Source: an uncultured Gammaproteobacteria bacterium
GTDB lineage: Bacteria > Patescibacteriota > Microgenomatia > Daviesbacterales > UBA10151
Assembly: GCA_964524895.1 (NCBI GenBank)
Contig: CAZGFG010000004.1
Span: 20,469-79,759 of the forward strand
Direction: 5' to 3'
Length of the DNA: 59,291 nt
Positions 35,788 through 47,000 of the stretch are shown piece by piece; the first letter of the stretch is position 1, and every line of letters begins with the position of its first letter. The position numbers were made by a program, and so were the translations under genes. The notes under the pieces are model-generated. The model was not told where the DNA came from. It saw only the letters and a program-made list of their open reading frames with translations, and ran no database searches.

Positions 35788-36496
35788 GACTAAATTGAAC
35801 AAATCTCATCAAGAGCTTTTAATTCGGATTCAAGAGTCGTCCGGGGTTAACAAACGGACTTGGGGTGCCGGTTACCTAGGCAGTAATCACTTGTATTACT
35901 CACTTTCTTCTCCGCTGAGACGGCAGTTGGCAAAAGATTGGGCCCGTCAGTACAAAAACATCACGGCCGTAGAGTTTTTGTCAGTGCTCGATGACCTTTT
36001 TAAGGGAAAATCTTATGAAGAGAAAACTATTGCTCCCAGACTTTTGGAATATTTGCCAAAGCAGAGGTTTCTGATTGAACCTGCAAAAATAGATCTATGG
36101 TTGGATGATTTGCAGGGATGGGCAGAGGTAGACTCACTTTGCCAAGGTATCTTTAGTGATAAAGAGTTGTTAGGCAACTGGAAGAAGTGGGAATTACTTC
36201 TTAAGAAACTAAATGAATCTGATGAGGTGAGTAAAAGAAGAGCTTCTTTGGTGCTTTTGACAGGCCCGCTGTCGCATTCAGATGATCCAAGAATGGCTGA
36301 TTTGGCTTTTGCAAACATTAACAACTTGAAAGAGGAAAAAGATATTTTAATCACCAAAGCTATCTCCTGGCTTTTAAGAAGCCTTATTAAAAATCACCGG
36401 AGTAGGGTGGAGGAATATTTAAGAAAAAATCAAGATACTTTGCCTAAAATTGCTGTGCGTGAGGTGAGACGCAAACTTCTTACCGGGCGGAAATAA
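35771..36496 (+). CDS. DNA alkylation repair protein (AlkD-like)
   Basis: WAEVDSLC, RRASLV, KAISWLLR, AVREV. Confidence 0.85.
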   Translation: MPKILETKLNKSHQELLIRIQESSGVNKRTWGAGYLGSNHLYYSLSSPLRRQLAKDWARQYKNITAVEFLSVLDDLFKGKSYEEKTIAPRLLEYLPKQRFLIEPAKIDLWLDDLQGWAEVDSLCQGIFSDKELLGNWKKWELLLKKLNESDEVSKRRASLVLLTGPLSHSDDPRMADLAFANINNLKEEKDILITKAISWLLRSLIKNHRSRVEEYLRKNQDTLPKIAVREVRRKLLTGRK

Positions 36497-36515
36497 TTTC
36501 TGCTACAATTTATGC

Positions 36516-37616
36516 ATGAAAGTCGCATTAGTACATGATTTTTTAGTTGAATATGGAGGAGGGGAAAGGGTGTTGGAGGCTTTGCACCAGATTTTTCCGG
36601 AAGCTCCCATATACACCGCATATGTGGATCTTTCGGGAATGGGGCCACACAAAGATAGATTGAAAAATTGGGATATCCGCTCCTCTGCAGTACAAAAAAT
36701 CCCTTTTGCCAAAAGGTTTATCTCCCCTTTTCGCATCTTTGCTCCAAAGATTTTTGAAAGCTTTAATTTATCAGAGTATGATCTAATAATCTCCTCCTGC
36801 AACTCATATTTTGCCAAAGCAGTTAGAACTACCCCTAGACAGCTGCATTTAAGCTATATTCATACTCCGCCCAGGTATCTTTATGGTTATGCCACTTCTT
36901 TTAACTATAAAAAACACTGGTGGACCAGGATTGGAGGAGAGGTAGCCAATCACTTTTTAAGGCTGACCGATTTTGAAACCAGCCAGCGGCCGGATGTTTT
37001 AATAGCAAACTCAAAAGAGGTCCAAAGAAGGATTAAAAAGTTCTACCGGCGGGACTCGGTGTTAATTTATCCTCCGGTTAATTTAGAGGAGTTTAGGGAA
37101 GTTAAAAAAGCTAAAGGAAAATATTTTTTGTCACTTAATAGGTTAGTCAGAGGGAAGGGGACAGAGGTGGTAGTAGTAGCTTGCAGCCAGCTTAATTTAC
37201 CTTTGAAAGTAGCAGGTAGTGGTCCGGAGCTGAAGAGATTACAAGGGTTGGCCAAGAAATCCGTAGAATTTTTAGGGGAGGTAACGGATAAAGAAAGGGT
37301 GGAGCTTTTAGCAGGGGCCAAAGCTGTGATTGTAGCCTCTGAAGATGAGGATTTTGGGATTACGGCTGTGGAAGCTCAAGCTGCAGGGACACCGGTGATC
37401 GCGGTACGGGCAGGAGGGTATTTGGAAACGATCGAAGAGGGGGAAACAGGGGCATTTTTCAATGAACCAACAACACCGTCTTTGATGGGGATCCTGGAGA
37501 CTTTTGATGAAAGTAAATTTAAAGCAGAGAATTGCCGCCAAAATGCCGAAAAATTTTCTCAAGAAAAATTCAAAAAGGAGATTTTAGATTTAATAGGTGA
37601 AAATTTAAGGGGTTGA
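36516..37616 (+). CDS. glycosyltransferase family 4
   Basis: GGGERV, YIHTPPRY, EDFGITAVEAQAAGTPVI. Confidence 0.93.
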   Translation: MKVALVHDFLVEYGGGERVLEALHQIFPEAPIYTAYVDLSGMGPHKDRLKNWDIRSSAVQKIPFAKRFISPFRIFAPKIFESFNLSEYDLIISSCNSYFAKAVRTTPRQLHLSYIHTPPRYLYGYATSFNYKKHWWTRIGGEVANHFLRLTDFETSQRPDVLIANSKEVQRRIKKFYRRDSVLIYPPVNLEEFREVKKAKGKYFLSLNRLVRGKGTEVVVVACSQLNLPLKVAGSGPELKRLQGLAKKSVEFLGEVTDKERVELLAGAKAVIVASEDEDFGITAVEAQAAGTPVIAVRAGGYLETIEEGETGAFFNEPTTPSLMGILETFDESKFKAENCRQNAEKFSQEKFKKEILDLIGENLRG

Positions 37617-37646
37617 CAGGTAGGTCTATAGTATTAAACTAAGGAT

Positions 37647-38030
37647 ATGACTATAGAAGCAGATATGGTGATCAATCGTACCGGGCAAGTCAAAGCCGAA
37701 GAAGCGCCCCCAAGACTTGATGAGATATTATGGTTTAGGGATCTAATGAATAGGTCAGGGTCAGTGGATGCAGCAAGTTCTCGATTAACAGGAGATGAGT
37801 TAAGGATAGCTGTGAACGGGGGGTTTGAACTATTCGCCTTACAGATAGGAGGTATTTTTGGTTCTAATAGGAACGGTAGGGAAGGGGATGGGTACCAAGA
37901 TGAAATAGGGCCAATCCAAATTCCCCCCAGGTCTCTTGCGCAGCGCTTAAGAGAGACTGCAAGTAAAATTAAAGATGGAATAGTTAATTTTTGTAAATTT
38001 GATCCTGATCGGGATAATGCTGAATGGTAA
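37647..38030 (+). CDS. hypothetical protein
   Basis: own TTGACA/TAAACT promoter; no motif recognised. Confidence 0.5.
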   Translation: MTIEADMVINRTGQVKAEEAPPRLDEILWFRDLMNRSGSVDAASSRLTGDELRIAVNGGFELFALQIGGIFGSNRNGREGDGYQDEIGPIQIPPRSLAQRLRETASKIKDGIVNFCKFDPDRDNAEW

Positions 38031-38067
38031 TTTTCTACCCCATTTAGCTTCTTAACACTTAACCTCT

Positions 38068-38952
38068 ATGCCAGAATTACCGGAAGTTGAGATTATAAAG
38101 TTGGGCCTGCAAAAAAAGATTATTGGTCAAAGGATAAAAACTATACGGATCCTAAATCCTAAAACTTTCCAGGATAGTAATGGAAAGCCCTTCAAGTTTG
38201 CTCAAGGACTACGTGGTCAAAAAGTACTGAATGTTTGGAGAAGGGCCAAGATATTAGGGATAGATTTATCTGGTGATTTAATTTTACTTTTCCATCTTAA
38301 AATGACGGGACAATTAGTATGGATGAAAAGCGAGAATAGATTTGTGGGCGGGCACCCTACCTCTGATATGTTGGGGAATTTACCTAATTCCCATACCAGA
38401 GTCATCTTTGAATTCTCAGATGGTAGCAAATTGTATTTTAATGATCAGCGTCGTTTTGGTTGGATTAAGATGAGCTCAAAGTTAGAATTTCGAAGTGAAA
38501 AGTTTTTTGAAAAGCTTGGACCAGAACCACTGGAAAAAGGATTTAGCCAGAAAATCTTAAAAGAGAACTTACTAAAACACCTTAGTATGCCTATTAAGGT
38601 AGCTATTATGGATCAAACTGTAGTGGCCGGTGTTGGCAATATCTATGCCTCTGAAGCCCTGTTTTTAGCCCAAATCCACCCCGGCAAGAAAGTTGGGCTA
38701 TTAAGTGATCTGGAAATCAAAAAACTCCACAAAGGGATTATTAAATCCCTTCAAGATGGCATAGCCTACAGGGGTTCCACGATGACTCATTTTAAGGATA
38801 CCGAAGGCAAGAAAGGAGATTTTTTGAGCCATGCGTTTGTTTACCGCCGGGAGGGCCAAAAATGCAAAAAATGTAAGCTTACGATAAAGAAATTTAAAAT
38901 TGCCGGTCGAGGTACATACTTTTGTCCTAATTGTCAGGACGGTGTAAAATGA
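38068..38952 (+). CDS. mutM: formamidopyrimidine-DNA glycosylase
   Basis: MPELPEVE, HLKMTG, AGVGNIYASE, C-terminal Zn finger with RGTYFCPNCQ. Confidence 0.97.
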   Translation: MPELPEVEIIKLGLQKKIIGQRIKTIRILNPKTFQDSNGKPFKFAQGLRGQKVLNVWRRAKILGIDLSGDLILLFHLKMTGQLVWMKSENRFVGGHPTSDMLGNLPNSHTRVIFEFSDGSKLYFNDQRRFGWIKMSSKLEFRSEKFFEKLGPEPLEKGFSQKILKENLLKHLSMPIKVAIMDQTVVAGVGNIYASEALFLAQIHPGKKVGLLSDLEIKKLHKGIIKSLQDGIAYRGSTMTHFKDTEGKKGDFLSHAFVYRREGQKCKKCKLTIKKFKIAGRGTYFCPNCQDGVK

Positions 38953-38970
38953 CTAACAGCCCCAAAGCTT

Positions 38971-40344
38971 ATGTCTAGAACAAGCTCTTTCTCGCAGGTT
39001 ATCCAAAACAGGGGTTTTTTAAATTTATGGACCAATCAGCTATTGGTCCAGCTTTCTTATAATTCCTTAAATTTTGCTTTAATTATTTGGGTTTTTAGGC
39101 TAACCGATTCCAATACCGCTGTTTCCGCTCTGCTGTTTGCAATTTATCTGCCTGCCGTAGTGTTTAGCTTGTTTGCCGGAGTGCTGGTTGATATTACCGA
39201 CCGTAGGTTAATTATCAGGACGATCAATATATTGTTGTCTATAGCTTTTTTTAGCCTTATCTTTTTAAAGATGAATTATGCAGCCATACTTTTAATAGTT
39301 TTTTTTGCCAACAGCTTGGCCCAATTTTATGTCCCGGCAGAATCTTCTGCTATCCCGATCGTAACTAAAAAATATCAATTATTAATGGCTAATGCTATTT
39401 TTACCACAACTTTATATGTCAGTTTTCTGTTGGGATTTGGTCTGGCCGGGCCCCTGATTTCCCATTTGGGACTAGATTTTGTCTTTGGGTTTGGGGGAGT
39501 TTTACTGATGCTGGCCTTTTTATTGTCTTTTCTTTTCCCACCAATTAGAAGTAAAGCAGGTCTTGAAGGTAAGAAGTTAATCAGGGCTATAAGAGTTCGG
39601 GATTTAGAGGTGTTTTATCAGGTAGCCGTTTCTGAAATCAAACAAACCCTGCGTTTAATCCGCGGAAAGTTACTCGTACTTTCTTCCATAATGATTTTGG
39701 CCGGAGTGCAGATGGTAATTGGGGTGCTAGCTGTCTTAACACCGTCTTTTTTGGAGAAAACTTTGCAAATTACGGCTACCGATGCTTCTTATGTTTTGGT
39801 AGTACCCTTGGGAGTAGGGATGGTGTTAGGGGGATTTTTGATGGCAAAGGCCGGGCATTTGCTTCCCAGAAGGAGGATAGTAGGCTCGGCTATCACCATT
39901 GGCGGGTTACTTTTTGTTTTGATGGGATTGGCTCCCGTTTTGTGGCCGGCGATCCAGCATTTTCACCGCCCTAGGCCGCTACCGTTTTTCTACCAATTGC
40001 CCCTTTCCAAAATAATGGCAATGGGTTCTTTTTTGCTGGGGATTACTATGGTGTCTGTGATAGCTCCTGCCCAAACAGTACTGCAGGAAAATACCCAAGA
40101 GCATAACCGGGGAAAGATCTTTGCGGTTTTAGGGGTTATGATGGCCGGATTATCTTTGCTCCCTGTACTTATTTCCGGTATCCTGGCAGACTTTTTTGGA
40201 GCAGGAACTATTTTTATTGCCGTTGGGGTGATCATTCTCTTAATAGGACTATTTACCTTAAGCCCCAGCCTATTTTTTAAAGAAGGCCAATTGCCGTTTG
40301 AAGTTAGGGAGTTTTTAGGGTTAGGACATTGGAGGAGGGAGTAG
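38971..40344 (+). CDS. MFS transporter (DHA3/EntS-like)
   Basis: about 12 TM segments; AGVLVDITDRR motif A. Confidence 0.9.
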   Translation: MSRTSSFSQVIQNRGFLNLWTNQLLVQLSYNSLNFALIIWVFRLTDSNTAVSALLFAIYLPAVVFSLFAGVLVDITDRRLIIRTINILLSIAFFSLIFLKMNYAAILLIVFFANSLAQFYVPAESSAIPIVTKKYQLLMANAIFTTTLYVSFLLGFGLAGPLISHLGLDFVFGFGGVLLMLAFLLSFLFPPIRSKAGLEGKKLIRAIRVRDLEVFYQVAVSEIKQTLRLIRGKLLVLSSIMILAGVQMVIGVLAVLTPSFLEKTLQITATDASYVLVVPLGVGMVLGGFLMAKAGHLLPRRRIVGSAITIGGLLFVLMGLAPVLWPAIQHFHRPRPLPFFYQLPLSKIMAMGSFLLGITMVSVIAPAQTVLQENTQEHNRGKIFAVLGVMMAGLSLLPVLISGILADFFGAGTIFIAVGVIILLIGLFTLSPSLFFKEGQLPFEVREFLGLGHWRRE

Positions 40345-40355
40345 GTGTATAGCTC

Positions 40356-40498
40356 GCAGCGGCAAAACTTGTTCTCCAACTCGGCTTCCTCACTTTGTTC
40401 GGAACCGGTTAGATTCGGCTCGTGCACGTCAAGGCTTGTGCTCTCGCTACGAATCTCACCTGCCTCGGACAGTTGAGAACTGTGTTTTGTTCATCTGC
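40356..40498. repeat. 143-bp imperfect inverted-repeat (MITE-like) element
   Basis: GCAG..CAAAAC..GTTCTC.AACT arm pairs with AGTTGAGAAC..GTTTTG..CTGC; internal CTCACTTTGTTCGG shared with 16379-16392. Confidence 0.65.
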
Positions 40499-40519
40499 TC
40501 GCTTTTAGGAATAGAAAAT

Positions 40520-41578
40520 ATGCTTTTGAAGAAGTTAAACTTATTAAATTTTAGAAATTACTCGAATCTGCTCCTTACCTTTGAACAGCGGCCGACTGTT
40601 TTGGTGGGGGATAATGCCGAGGGGAAATCTAACTTATTGGAGGCGATATATCTGTTGTCTACCTCCAAATCAGCCCGGGCAGAGATGGAGAGAGAGTTGG
40701 TTAAAAAGGGTGAAAATTTTTGTCGGGTGGAGGGATTGGTTACGTCCGGAGAGAATGAGGAAACGCAACTTACTGTAATTATCCAATCCGATGAAGAGGA
40801 ACTTTTTAGGAAACGGGTACTGGTTAACGGAGTTGGCAGGAGAGTAGTGGATTTTATTGGTAATTTGCCGGCAGTAATTTTCTACCCTCAAGATATTAAT
40901 ATGGTGACAGGGCCGCCCTCGCTGCGCCGCTGGCATTTGGATTTGGTGCTTGCGCAAATTGACCCTCAATATAAAAGATCCCTGACTTTATATGAACAGT
41001 TTCTAACGGCCCGAAACAGAGTTTTAAAAAGGATTAGAGAAGGAGAGGGGAAAAAAGACGAGCTGGACTATTGGACTCAAGGTTTACTTGATTTAGCACG
41101 GGTGATTTTGGAAAAACGGAAGCAGTTTTTTGAATTTATAGAATCTCTTACCAAACCTTTGGGAGAATTCACCTTTTCCTATAATCAAAGTGTTATCTCC
41201 AAGCAACGACTGGAAGAGTTAAACGGTCGGGAAGTAGCTTCAGCTACTACTCTAGTCGGGCCACACCGGGACGATTTTTCCATAGAACTTGCGGGACGGA
41301 ATTTGTCCAGCTTTGGATCAAGGGGAGAACAGCGCACTGCCACTTTGGCTTTTAAATTAGCCCAGTTGGAGTTTATGGAGAAAGTGACCGGAAAAAGACC
41401 GCTACTCCTGCTGGATGAGATCTTTTCCGAACTGGATGCTTCCCACAGGGCTCACATTGTGGATATTGTGGGGAAACAACAGACCATTATAGCCACGGTG
41501 GAACTGGAAAATATACCAAAGCAGTTTTTAAATTCTGCAAGGGTTCTAAAAGTGGAGAATGGTCAGGTTATTTCTTAA
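40520..41578 (+). CDS. recF: DNA replication/repair protein RecF
   Basis: NFRNY, GDNAEGKSN, GPHRDD, GSRGEQR, LLLDEIFSELD. Confidence 0.95.
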   Translation: MLLKKLNLLNFRNYSNLLLTFEQRPTVLVGDNAEGKSNLLEAIYLLSTSKSARAEMERELVKKGENFCRVEGLVTSGENEETQLTVIIQSDEEELFRKRVLVNGVGRRVVDFIGNLPAVIFYPQDINMVTGPPSLRRWHLDLVLAQIDPQYKRSLTLYEQFLTARNRVLKRIREGEGKKDELDYWTQGLLDLARVILEKRKQFFEFIESLTKPLGEFTFSYNQSVISKQRLEELNGREVASATTLVGPHRDDFSIELAGRNLSSFGSRGEQRTATLAFKLAQLEFMEKVTGKRPLLLLDEIFSELDASHRAHIVDIVGKQQTIIATVELENIPKQFLNSARVLKVENGQVIS

Positions 41579-41837
41579 CGTTTAATTTGGCGGCCAGTTT
41601 GGAGAGTTGGTATGTAACCAAAACTGCAAAAAGAGTGATTATTAAAGCATATAAAAATTTGGTAATCACCCCCGATTGAGAAGAGAAAAAGCGGTTAATA
41701 TATTCTTTGACAAAAGTCTGGATGGCGTCATTCCAAGCTAAAGCTGCTACCAAACCAAAGCCGGATGTAGATAGAGCCACAAGTTGATGCACCAATTCTT
41801 GCCTGAATGATTTTTCTTTTTGAGCTTTGGTAGCCAT
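41568..41837 (-). CDS. DUF5654-like small membrane protein
   Basis: SGFGLVAALAWNDAI and FLYALIIT motifs. Confidence 0.8.
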   Translation of the reverse strand: MATKAQKEKSFRQELVHQLVALSTSGFGLVAALAWNDAIQTFVKEYINRFFSSQSGVITKFLYALIITLFAVLVTYQLSKLAAKLNVKK

Positions 41838-41963
41838 AGTTTTAGCTCCTTCTCCAGCTTTGCCGGATCAGGATGACATTAAGGATTTATTATTTTATCC
41901 TTAATGTCAATTTTAGCATATTGACATTACTTGCCAAATTCCTTAAATTAGCAATAATTTGCC

Positions 41964-42017
41964 ATGAAAATTAAAAGGATTGCAAATATACTTAATATAA
42001 AACCAAAGACCGCCTGA
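41964..42017 (+). CDS. putative pyrL-like leader peptide (MKIKRIANILNIKPKTA)
   Basis: between TTGACA promoter 41921 and the terminator; stop codon lies in the terminator hairpin. Confidence 0.45.
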   Translation: MKIKRIANILNIKPKTA

Positions 42018-42032
42018 AGGGGCGGTTTTTTT
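42005..42032 (+). terminator. attenuator terminator upstream of pyrB
   Basis: ACCGCC-TGAAGG-GGCGGT followed by a T run, 8 bp before the pyrB ATG. Confidence 0.8.
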
Positions 42033-42040
42033 AAGAACTT

Positions 42041-42970
42041 ATGAGTAGCTTTAAGGGCCGGGATATTATCGATATAAATGATTTTTCCAAAGAAGAGTTG
42101 TGGCATATCCTTAAACTTACCAAAAAATTTGACCCCTTTTTTGTGAAAAGAACCAATAAAGCCAATTTTTATTTGCTGACTGGGAAGATTGCGGGACTGC
42201 TTTTTTTTGAACCGTCTACCCGTACAGAGCAGTCTTTTAGGTCGGCTGCCCAAAGAATAGGTGCAGGTCTAATTGGTTTTAATGATCCAATCACTACCTC
42301 AATTCAAAAAGGTGAGACTTTTTCCGACACCATCAGAATCATGGAATCATATGCAGATGTGTTAATTATCAGACACCCCAAGCCCGGTTCTGCCAAAGAA
42401 GCTGCAGAAACCGCTTCTATCCCGGTGATTAATGCCGGAGACGGCCCAAACCAGCACCCCACCCAAACTATCCTTGACCTTTATACTATTTGGAAAAGGT
42501 TTGGCAGGCTAAATAATTTAAAGGTTGCTTTAGTAGGCAATCAAAAACACTACCGCACCATGCACGCACTCTCGGTAGCTCTATTCAAATTTGGCAATAA
42601 TAAAGTCTACGGAATTTCACCAATCGGGCTGGAGATGCCCAACAAATTCAAACACAAAGATTATATCGATGTACCGATTAATATGAGTGAACTAAACCAA
42701 ACTCTAAAAGAGATCTCTCCGGATGTAGTGTATGCCGGCAGGATTCCGAAAGAATATATGGATGGCGATGCAAAACAATACACTTATCAAATAAATATTA
42801 AAACAATGGATAGTTTACCCCAACATACGATCATCATGCACCCGTTACCGCGGGTAGACGAGGTTGACGCTGACTTGGACAAGCATCCTAATGCTATTTA
42901 TTTCCAACAAGCCAAGAATGGTTTATATGTCAGGGAAGCGTTACTTGCCTTGGTGTTAGGGAAGGTATGA
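42041..42970 (+). CDS. pyrB: aspartate carbamoyltransferase catalytic subunit
   Basis: FFEPSTRT, RHP, NAGDG..QHPTQ, MHPLPR. Confidence 0.96.
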   Translation: MSSFKGRDIIDINDFSKEELWHILKLTKKFDPFFVKRTNKANFYLLTGKIAGLLFFEPSTRTEQSFRSAAQRIGAGLIGFNDPITTSIQKGETFSDTIRIMESYADVLIIRHPKPGSAKEAAETASIPVINAGDGPNQHPTQTILDLYTIWKRFGRLNNLKVALVGNQKHYRTMHALSVALFKFGNNKVYGISPIGLEMPNKFKHKDYIDVPINMSELNQTLKEISPDVVYAGRIPKEYMDGDAKQYTYQINIKTMDSLPQHTIIMHPLPRVDEVDADLDKHPNAIYFQQAKNGLYVREALLALVLGKV

Positions 42971-44013
42971 AAGCTAGATTAATTTTGGTTGACGGGACAA
43001 TGTGGGAAGGTGAATCCTTCGGTGCTCCGGTCAACTCCTCTGGTGAAGTAGTTTTTAATACCGGGATGAGTGGATATCCGGAATCCCTAACAGACCCTTC
43101 CTATTTTGGACAAATCTTGGTTTTAACCTACCCCTTAGTAGGTAATTATGGTATCCCTCAAGAAAAGTTTTTAGAATCAGGTAGAGCTCAAATTAAAGCT
43201 TTAATAGTCCAAAATTATATTGATAAGCCTTCTCATTTTGAGAGCAAACAAACATTGGGCAGTTGGCTTAAAAAAGAAGGAGTTCCGGCATTATTTGGAG
43301 TTGATACCAGACAGTTGACCAGAAAATTAAGACATAGCGGGGTGATGCTGGGGAGAATAGAATTCAAAGTTCAGAATTCAGAATTAAATACCTATGATCC
43401 AAATAAGGAGAATGTTTTGCCTTATGTATGTATCAAGCATCCTAAAGTTTATGGTGAGGGAAAGAAGCATATTGTTTTAATTGACTGCGGAGCCAAAGAC
43501 AATATTTTGCGCTCTCTTTTAAAAAGAGGAGTACGAGTCAGTATTGTGCCGCATGACTTTGATCCTATTGAAAATAAATTAGATTTTGACGGGGTTCTAG
43601 TCTCAAATGGGCCCGGTGATCCTAAAAAAGCTTTGCCTACAACCAAGATTATCAAAAAACTTTTGCAACAAAACTTTCCAATTTTTGGAATATGCCTGGG
43701 TAGTCAACTTTTAGCTTTGGCAACCGGCGCCGATACCTATAAGCTAAGATTCGGCCATCGGGGCCAAAATCAACCGGTTCAAAATTTAATAAGTCAGCGG
43801 GCCTTAATAACCAGTCAGAACCACGGTTTTGCCATAGATCCTAAAACTCTGAAAGACGGCTGGAAAGAGTGGTTTATTAATTTAAATGACAACACAAATG
43901 AAGGTATAAGACACAAAAACAAGCCGTTTATGAGCGTTCAGTTTCACCCGGAATCAAATCCCGGGCCAAGAGAAGCAGAATATCTTTTTGATGAATTTAT
44001 CGGTTTACTATGA
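42967..44013 (+). CDS. carA: carbamoyl-phosphate synthase small subunit
   Basis: GEVVFNTGMSGY, SNGPGDP, GICLG, QFHPE. Confidence 0.97.
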   Translation: MKARLILVDGTMWEGESFGAPVNSSGEVVFNTGMSGYPESLTDPSYFGQILVLTYPLVGNYGIPQEKFLESGRAQIKALIVQNYIDKPSHFESKQTLGSWLKKEGVPALFGVDTRQLTRKLRHSGVMLGRIEFKVQNSELNTYDPNKENVLPYVCIKHPKVYGEGKKHIVLIDCGAKDNILRSLLKRGVRVSIVPHDFDPIENKLDFDGVLVSNGPGDPKKALPTTKIIKKLLQQNFPIFGICLGSQLLALATGADTYKLRFGHRGQNQPVQNLISQRALITSQNHGFAIDPKTLKDGWKEWFINLNDNTNEGIRHKNKPFMSVQFHPESNPGPREAEYLFDEFIGLL

Positions 44014-47000
44014 AAAAGATGAAAAAAGTTTTGGTTCTTGGTTCAGGAGCATTGAAAATAGGGGAAGCCGGCGAGTTTGATTATTCGGGTTCTCAAGCCC
44101 TCAAAGCCCTGAAAGAAGAGGGTTTGAAAACGGTTTTAATAAACCCCAATATAGCTACTATTCAAACATCACAGGCTTTAGCGGATAAGATTTATTTTTT
44201 ACCGGTGACTGCCTACTTTGTAGAGGAAGTTATTAAAAAAGAACATCCGGACGGGATATTCCTAAGCTTTGGTGGCCAGACTGCTTTAAATTGCGGTTTA
44301 GCTTTGGCTGGATCCGGTGTCTTTAAAAAATATAACGTTGAAGTTTTGGGTACTCAAATTGGATCAATTAAGACTACCGAAGACAGGGAGATGTTTGCCC
44401 GTGAACTTGAAAAAATACAGGTTAAAGTTCCCAAAGGAGGTTTTGCAAGCAATTTGGTCCAAGCTAAAAAGCTGGCGCTAAAATTAGGTTTCCCCTTACT
44501 CGTCAGATCTGGTTACTCTCTTGGCGGATTGGGTTCGGGTGTAGTTTATAACCAAGATGAGTTGGGGAAGCTGGTCACTTATTCTCTCAAACATGCTCCG
44601 CAGATTGCTATAGAAGAATATTTAAAGCATTGGAAGGAGATAGAGTATGAGGTGGTGCGCGACAATGCCGGGAACAAAATCACGGTTTGTAATATGGAAA
44701 ATATGGATCCTTTAGGTATTCATACCGGTGAAAGTATCGTAGTTGCTCCTTCCCAAACCCTTAATAATTACCAATATCACTTTTTACGCAACTTATCCCT
44801 GAAAGTAATTGAACATTTAGCAGTAGTGGGGGAATGTAATATACAATTTGCTTTAAACCCCCTGTCCAATGATTACCGGGTAATAGAAGTAAATGCCAGA
44901 TTATCTCGTTCTTCTGCTCTTGCCTCCAAAGCCACCGGTTATCCCCTTGCCTATATAGCGGCCAAGTTGGCTTTGGGAAAAACTTTGCTTGATCTTAAAA
45001 ATAGTGTTACCAAGACAACTTCTGCTTTTTTTGAACCGGCTCTAGATTATATTGTGGTCAAAATCCCCAGGTGGGACCTACAGAAATTTGCCGGAGCCGA
45101 AAATGTCATAGGGTCAGAGATGAAAAGTGTAGGGGAGGTTATGGCTATTGGCCGTAGTTTTCCGGAAGCTTTGCAAAAAGCGATTAGATCTTTGGAGACT
45201 GGCCAGGATGGTTTACTAAACGGCAGAAAAAAAGATCAGCAAAGTAATGGTAAAAGATATCTTGCTCCCAGTACTCAACGCTTATTTGAAGTTGCCGAGG
45301 AGTTGGCAGAAGGTGTTTCAACAGTCGAGATTTATCAAGCTACAGGGATCGACTTTTGGTTTTTGTGCCAACTGGAGGAAATAGTTGAGTTTGAAAAAGA
45401 TTTGGGAAGTAAAAAGCTTAAATTGGATAAAGAGACTTTGCTGCAGGCCAAAAAACTGGGTTTTTCCGATGAGATAATAGCCAGAGGATTTAATACGACT
45501 GCTCAAAGAATTAGGCAAGCAAGAAAGAGGTGGTCAATCTTGCCAAAAGTTAAGCATATAGATACCCTGGCAGCAGAATACCCGGCGAAGACAAACTATC
45601 TTTATCTTACTTATCACGGGGAAGAGAGTGAAGAGGAAGAGGGAGTATTGGATAAAGTGATTGTATTGGGATCAGGCCCTTACCGAATCGGCTCTTCGGT
45701 AGAATTTGATTGGTGCAGCGTCACAGCTGCGCAGACCTTTAGAAGCAAGGGATTTCAGACAGTGATTATAAACTGTAATCCGGAAACGGTTTCAACCGAT
45801 TTTGACTTGGCAGATAAGCTCTATTTTGAAGAACTTACTTTAGAACGGGTACGCGATATTTACGAAATAGAGAAATCTGCCCAATTGGTTATGGCTTTTG
45901 GTGGGCAAATCCCCAATAACCTGGCTTTAAGTTGTTACCAGGCAGGAATGAAAATTTTGGGGACTGATCCGAAAAGCATAGATTTGGCGGAAAACCGCCA
46001 TAAGTTTAGTCGACTTCTGGATACGTTGGATATAGAGCAACCGGCTTGGGAACAACTCAAAAGTTTAGCCGACGCGGCAAACTTTGCCCGCCGGATAGGA
46101 TTTCCGGTGATGGTCAGGCCCTCTTATGTGCTCTCCGGCAGTGCTATGAATGTTGCCTATTCTCCCAGAGAGCTTAAAACCTATTTGCAAGATGCAGTCC
46201 AGGTATCCCAGAAGTATCCGGTGGTAATATCGAAATTTGTTGATAACGCCAAAGAGATAGAGATTGATGGAGTAGCTTCAAAGGGGGAGCTAATAATTTA
46301 TGCCATATCGGAACATGTAGAAAATGCCGGTGTCCATTCGGGTGATGCGACTTTGGTTTTACCACCCCAAAGGTTATACTTGGAGACTGTCCGCCAGATC
46401 AAGACTGCCAGCAAGAAAATTATTAAGGCCCTAAATATCAGTGGACCCTTTAATATCCAATTTTTAGCCAAAGATAATCGGGTCATGGTGATAGAGCTAA
46501 ATTTGCGGGCTTCACGGTCTTTCCCTTTTGTATCTAAAGTCACCGGTTATAATTTTGTAGAGATGGCCTGCAAAATAATGTTGGCAGAAGAGGTAAAGGG
46601 TGACTTCAAAACTATTGATATAGATTATGTAGGAGTAAAAGCTCCTCAATTTTCTTTCAATCGGATTAAAGGGGCAGATCCTAAATTGCGGGTAGAGATG
46701 CTTTCCACAGGCGAGGTTGCTTGTTTTGGTCATGATTTGGATGAGGCTTATTTAAAATCGCTTTTATCAACCGGATTTAAGAAACCGAGCAAAAGCGTTT
46801 TTTTGTCTATCGGAGGGGATGAAAATAAAATGGATTTTTTACCTAGCGCCCAAGCATTGTCACATATGGGGTTAAAAATTTATGCCACAGAACACACCTC
46901 CCAATCTTTAACTCAAAACGGTATTAAAAATACCAGAGTGTACAAAATTTCCGAGGGCAAACACCCTTCGGTGGTAGATTTAATGCATCAAGGAAAGATC

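Noticed and set aside
40436-40519. N-terminal extension of RecF given in the ORF track
   Set aside because: It is translated repeat DNA; the RecF motif begins at Met 40520. The extensions at 5359, 17524, 31803 and 54048 were rejected for similar reasons.
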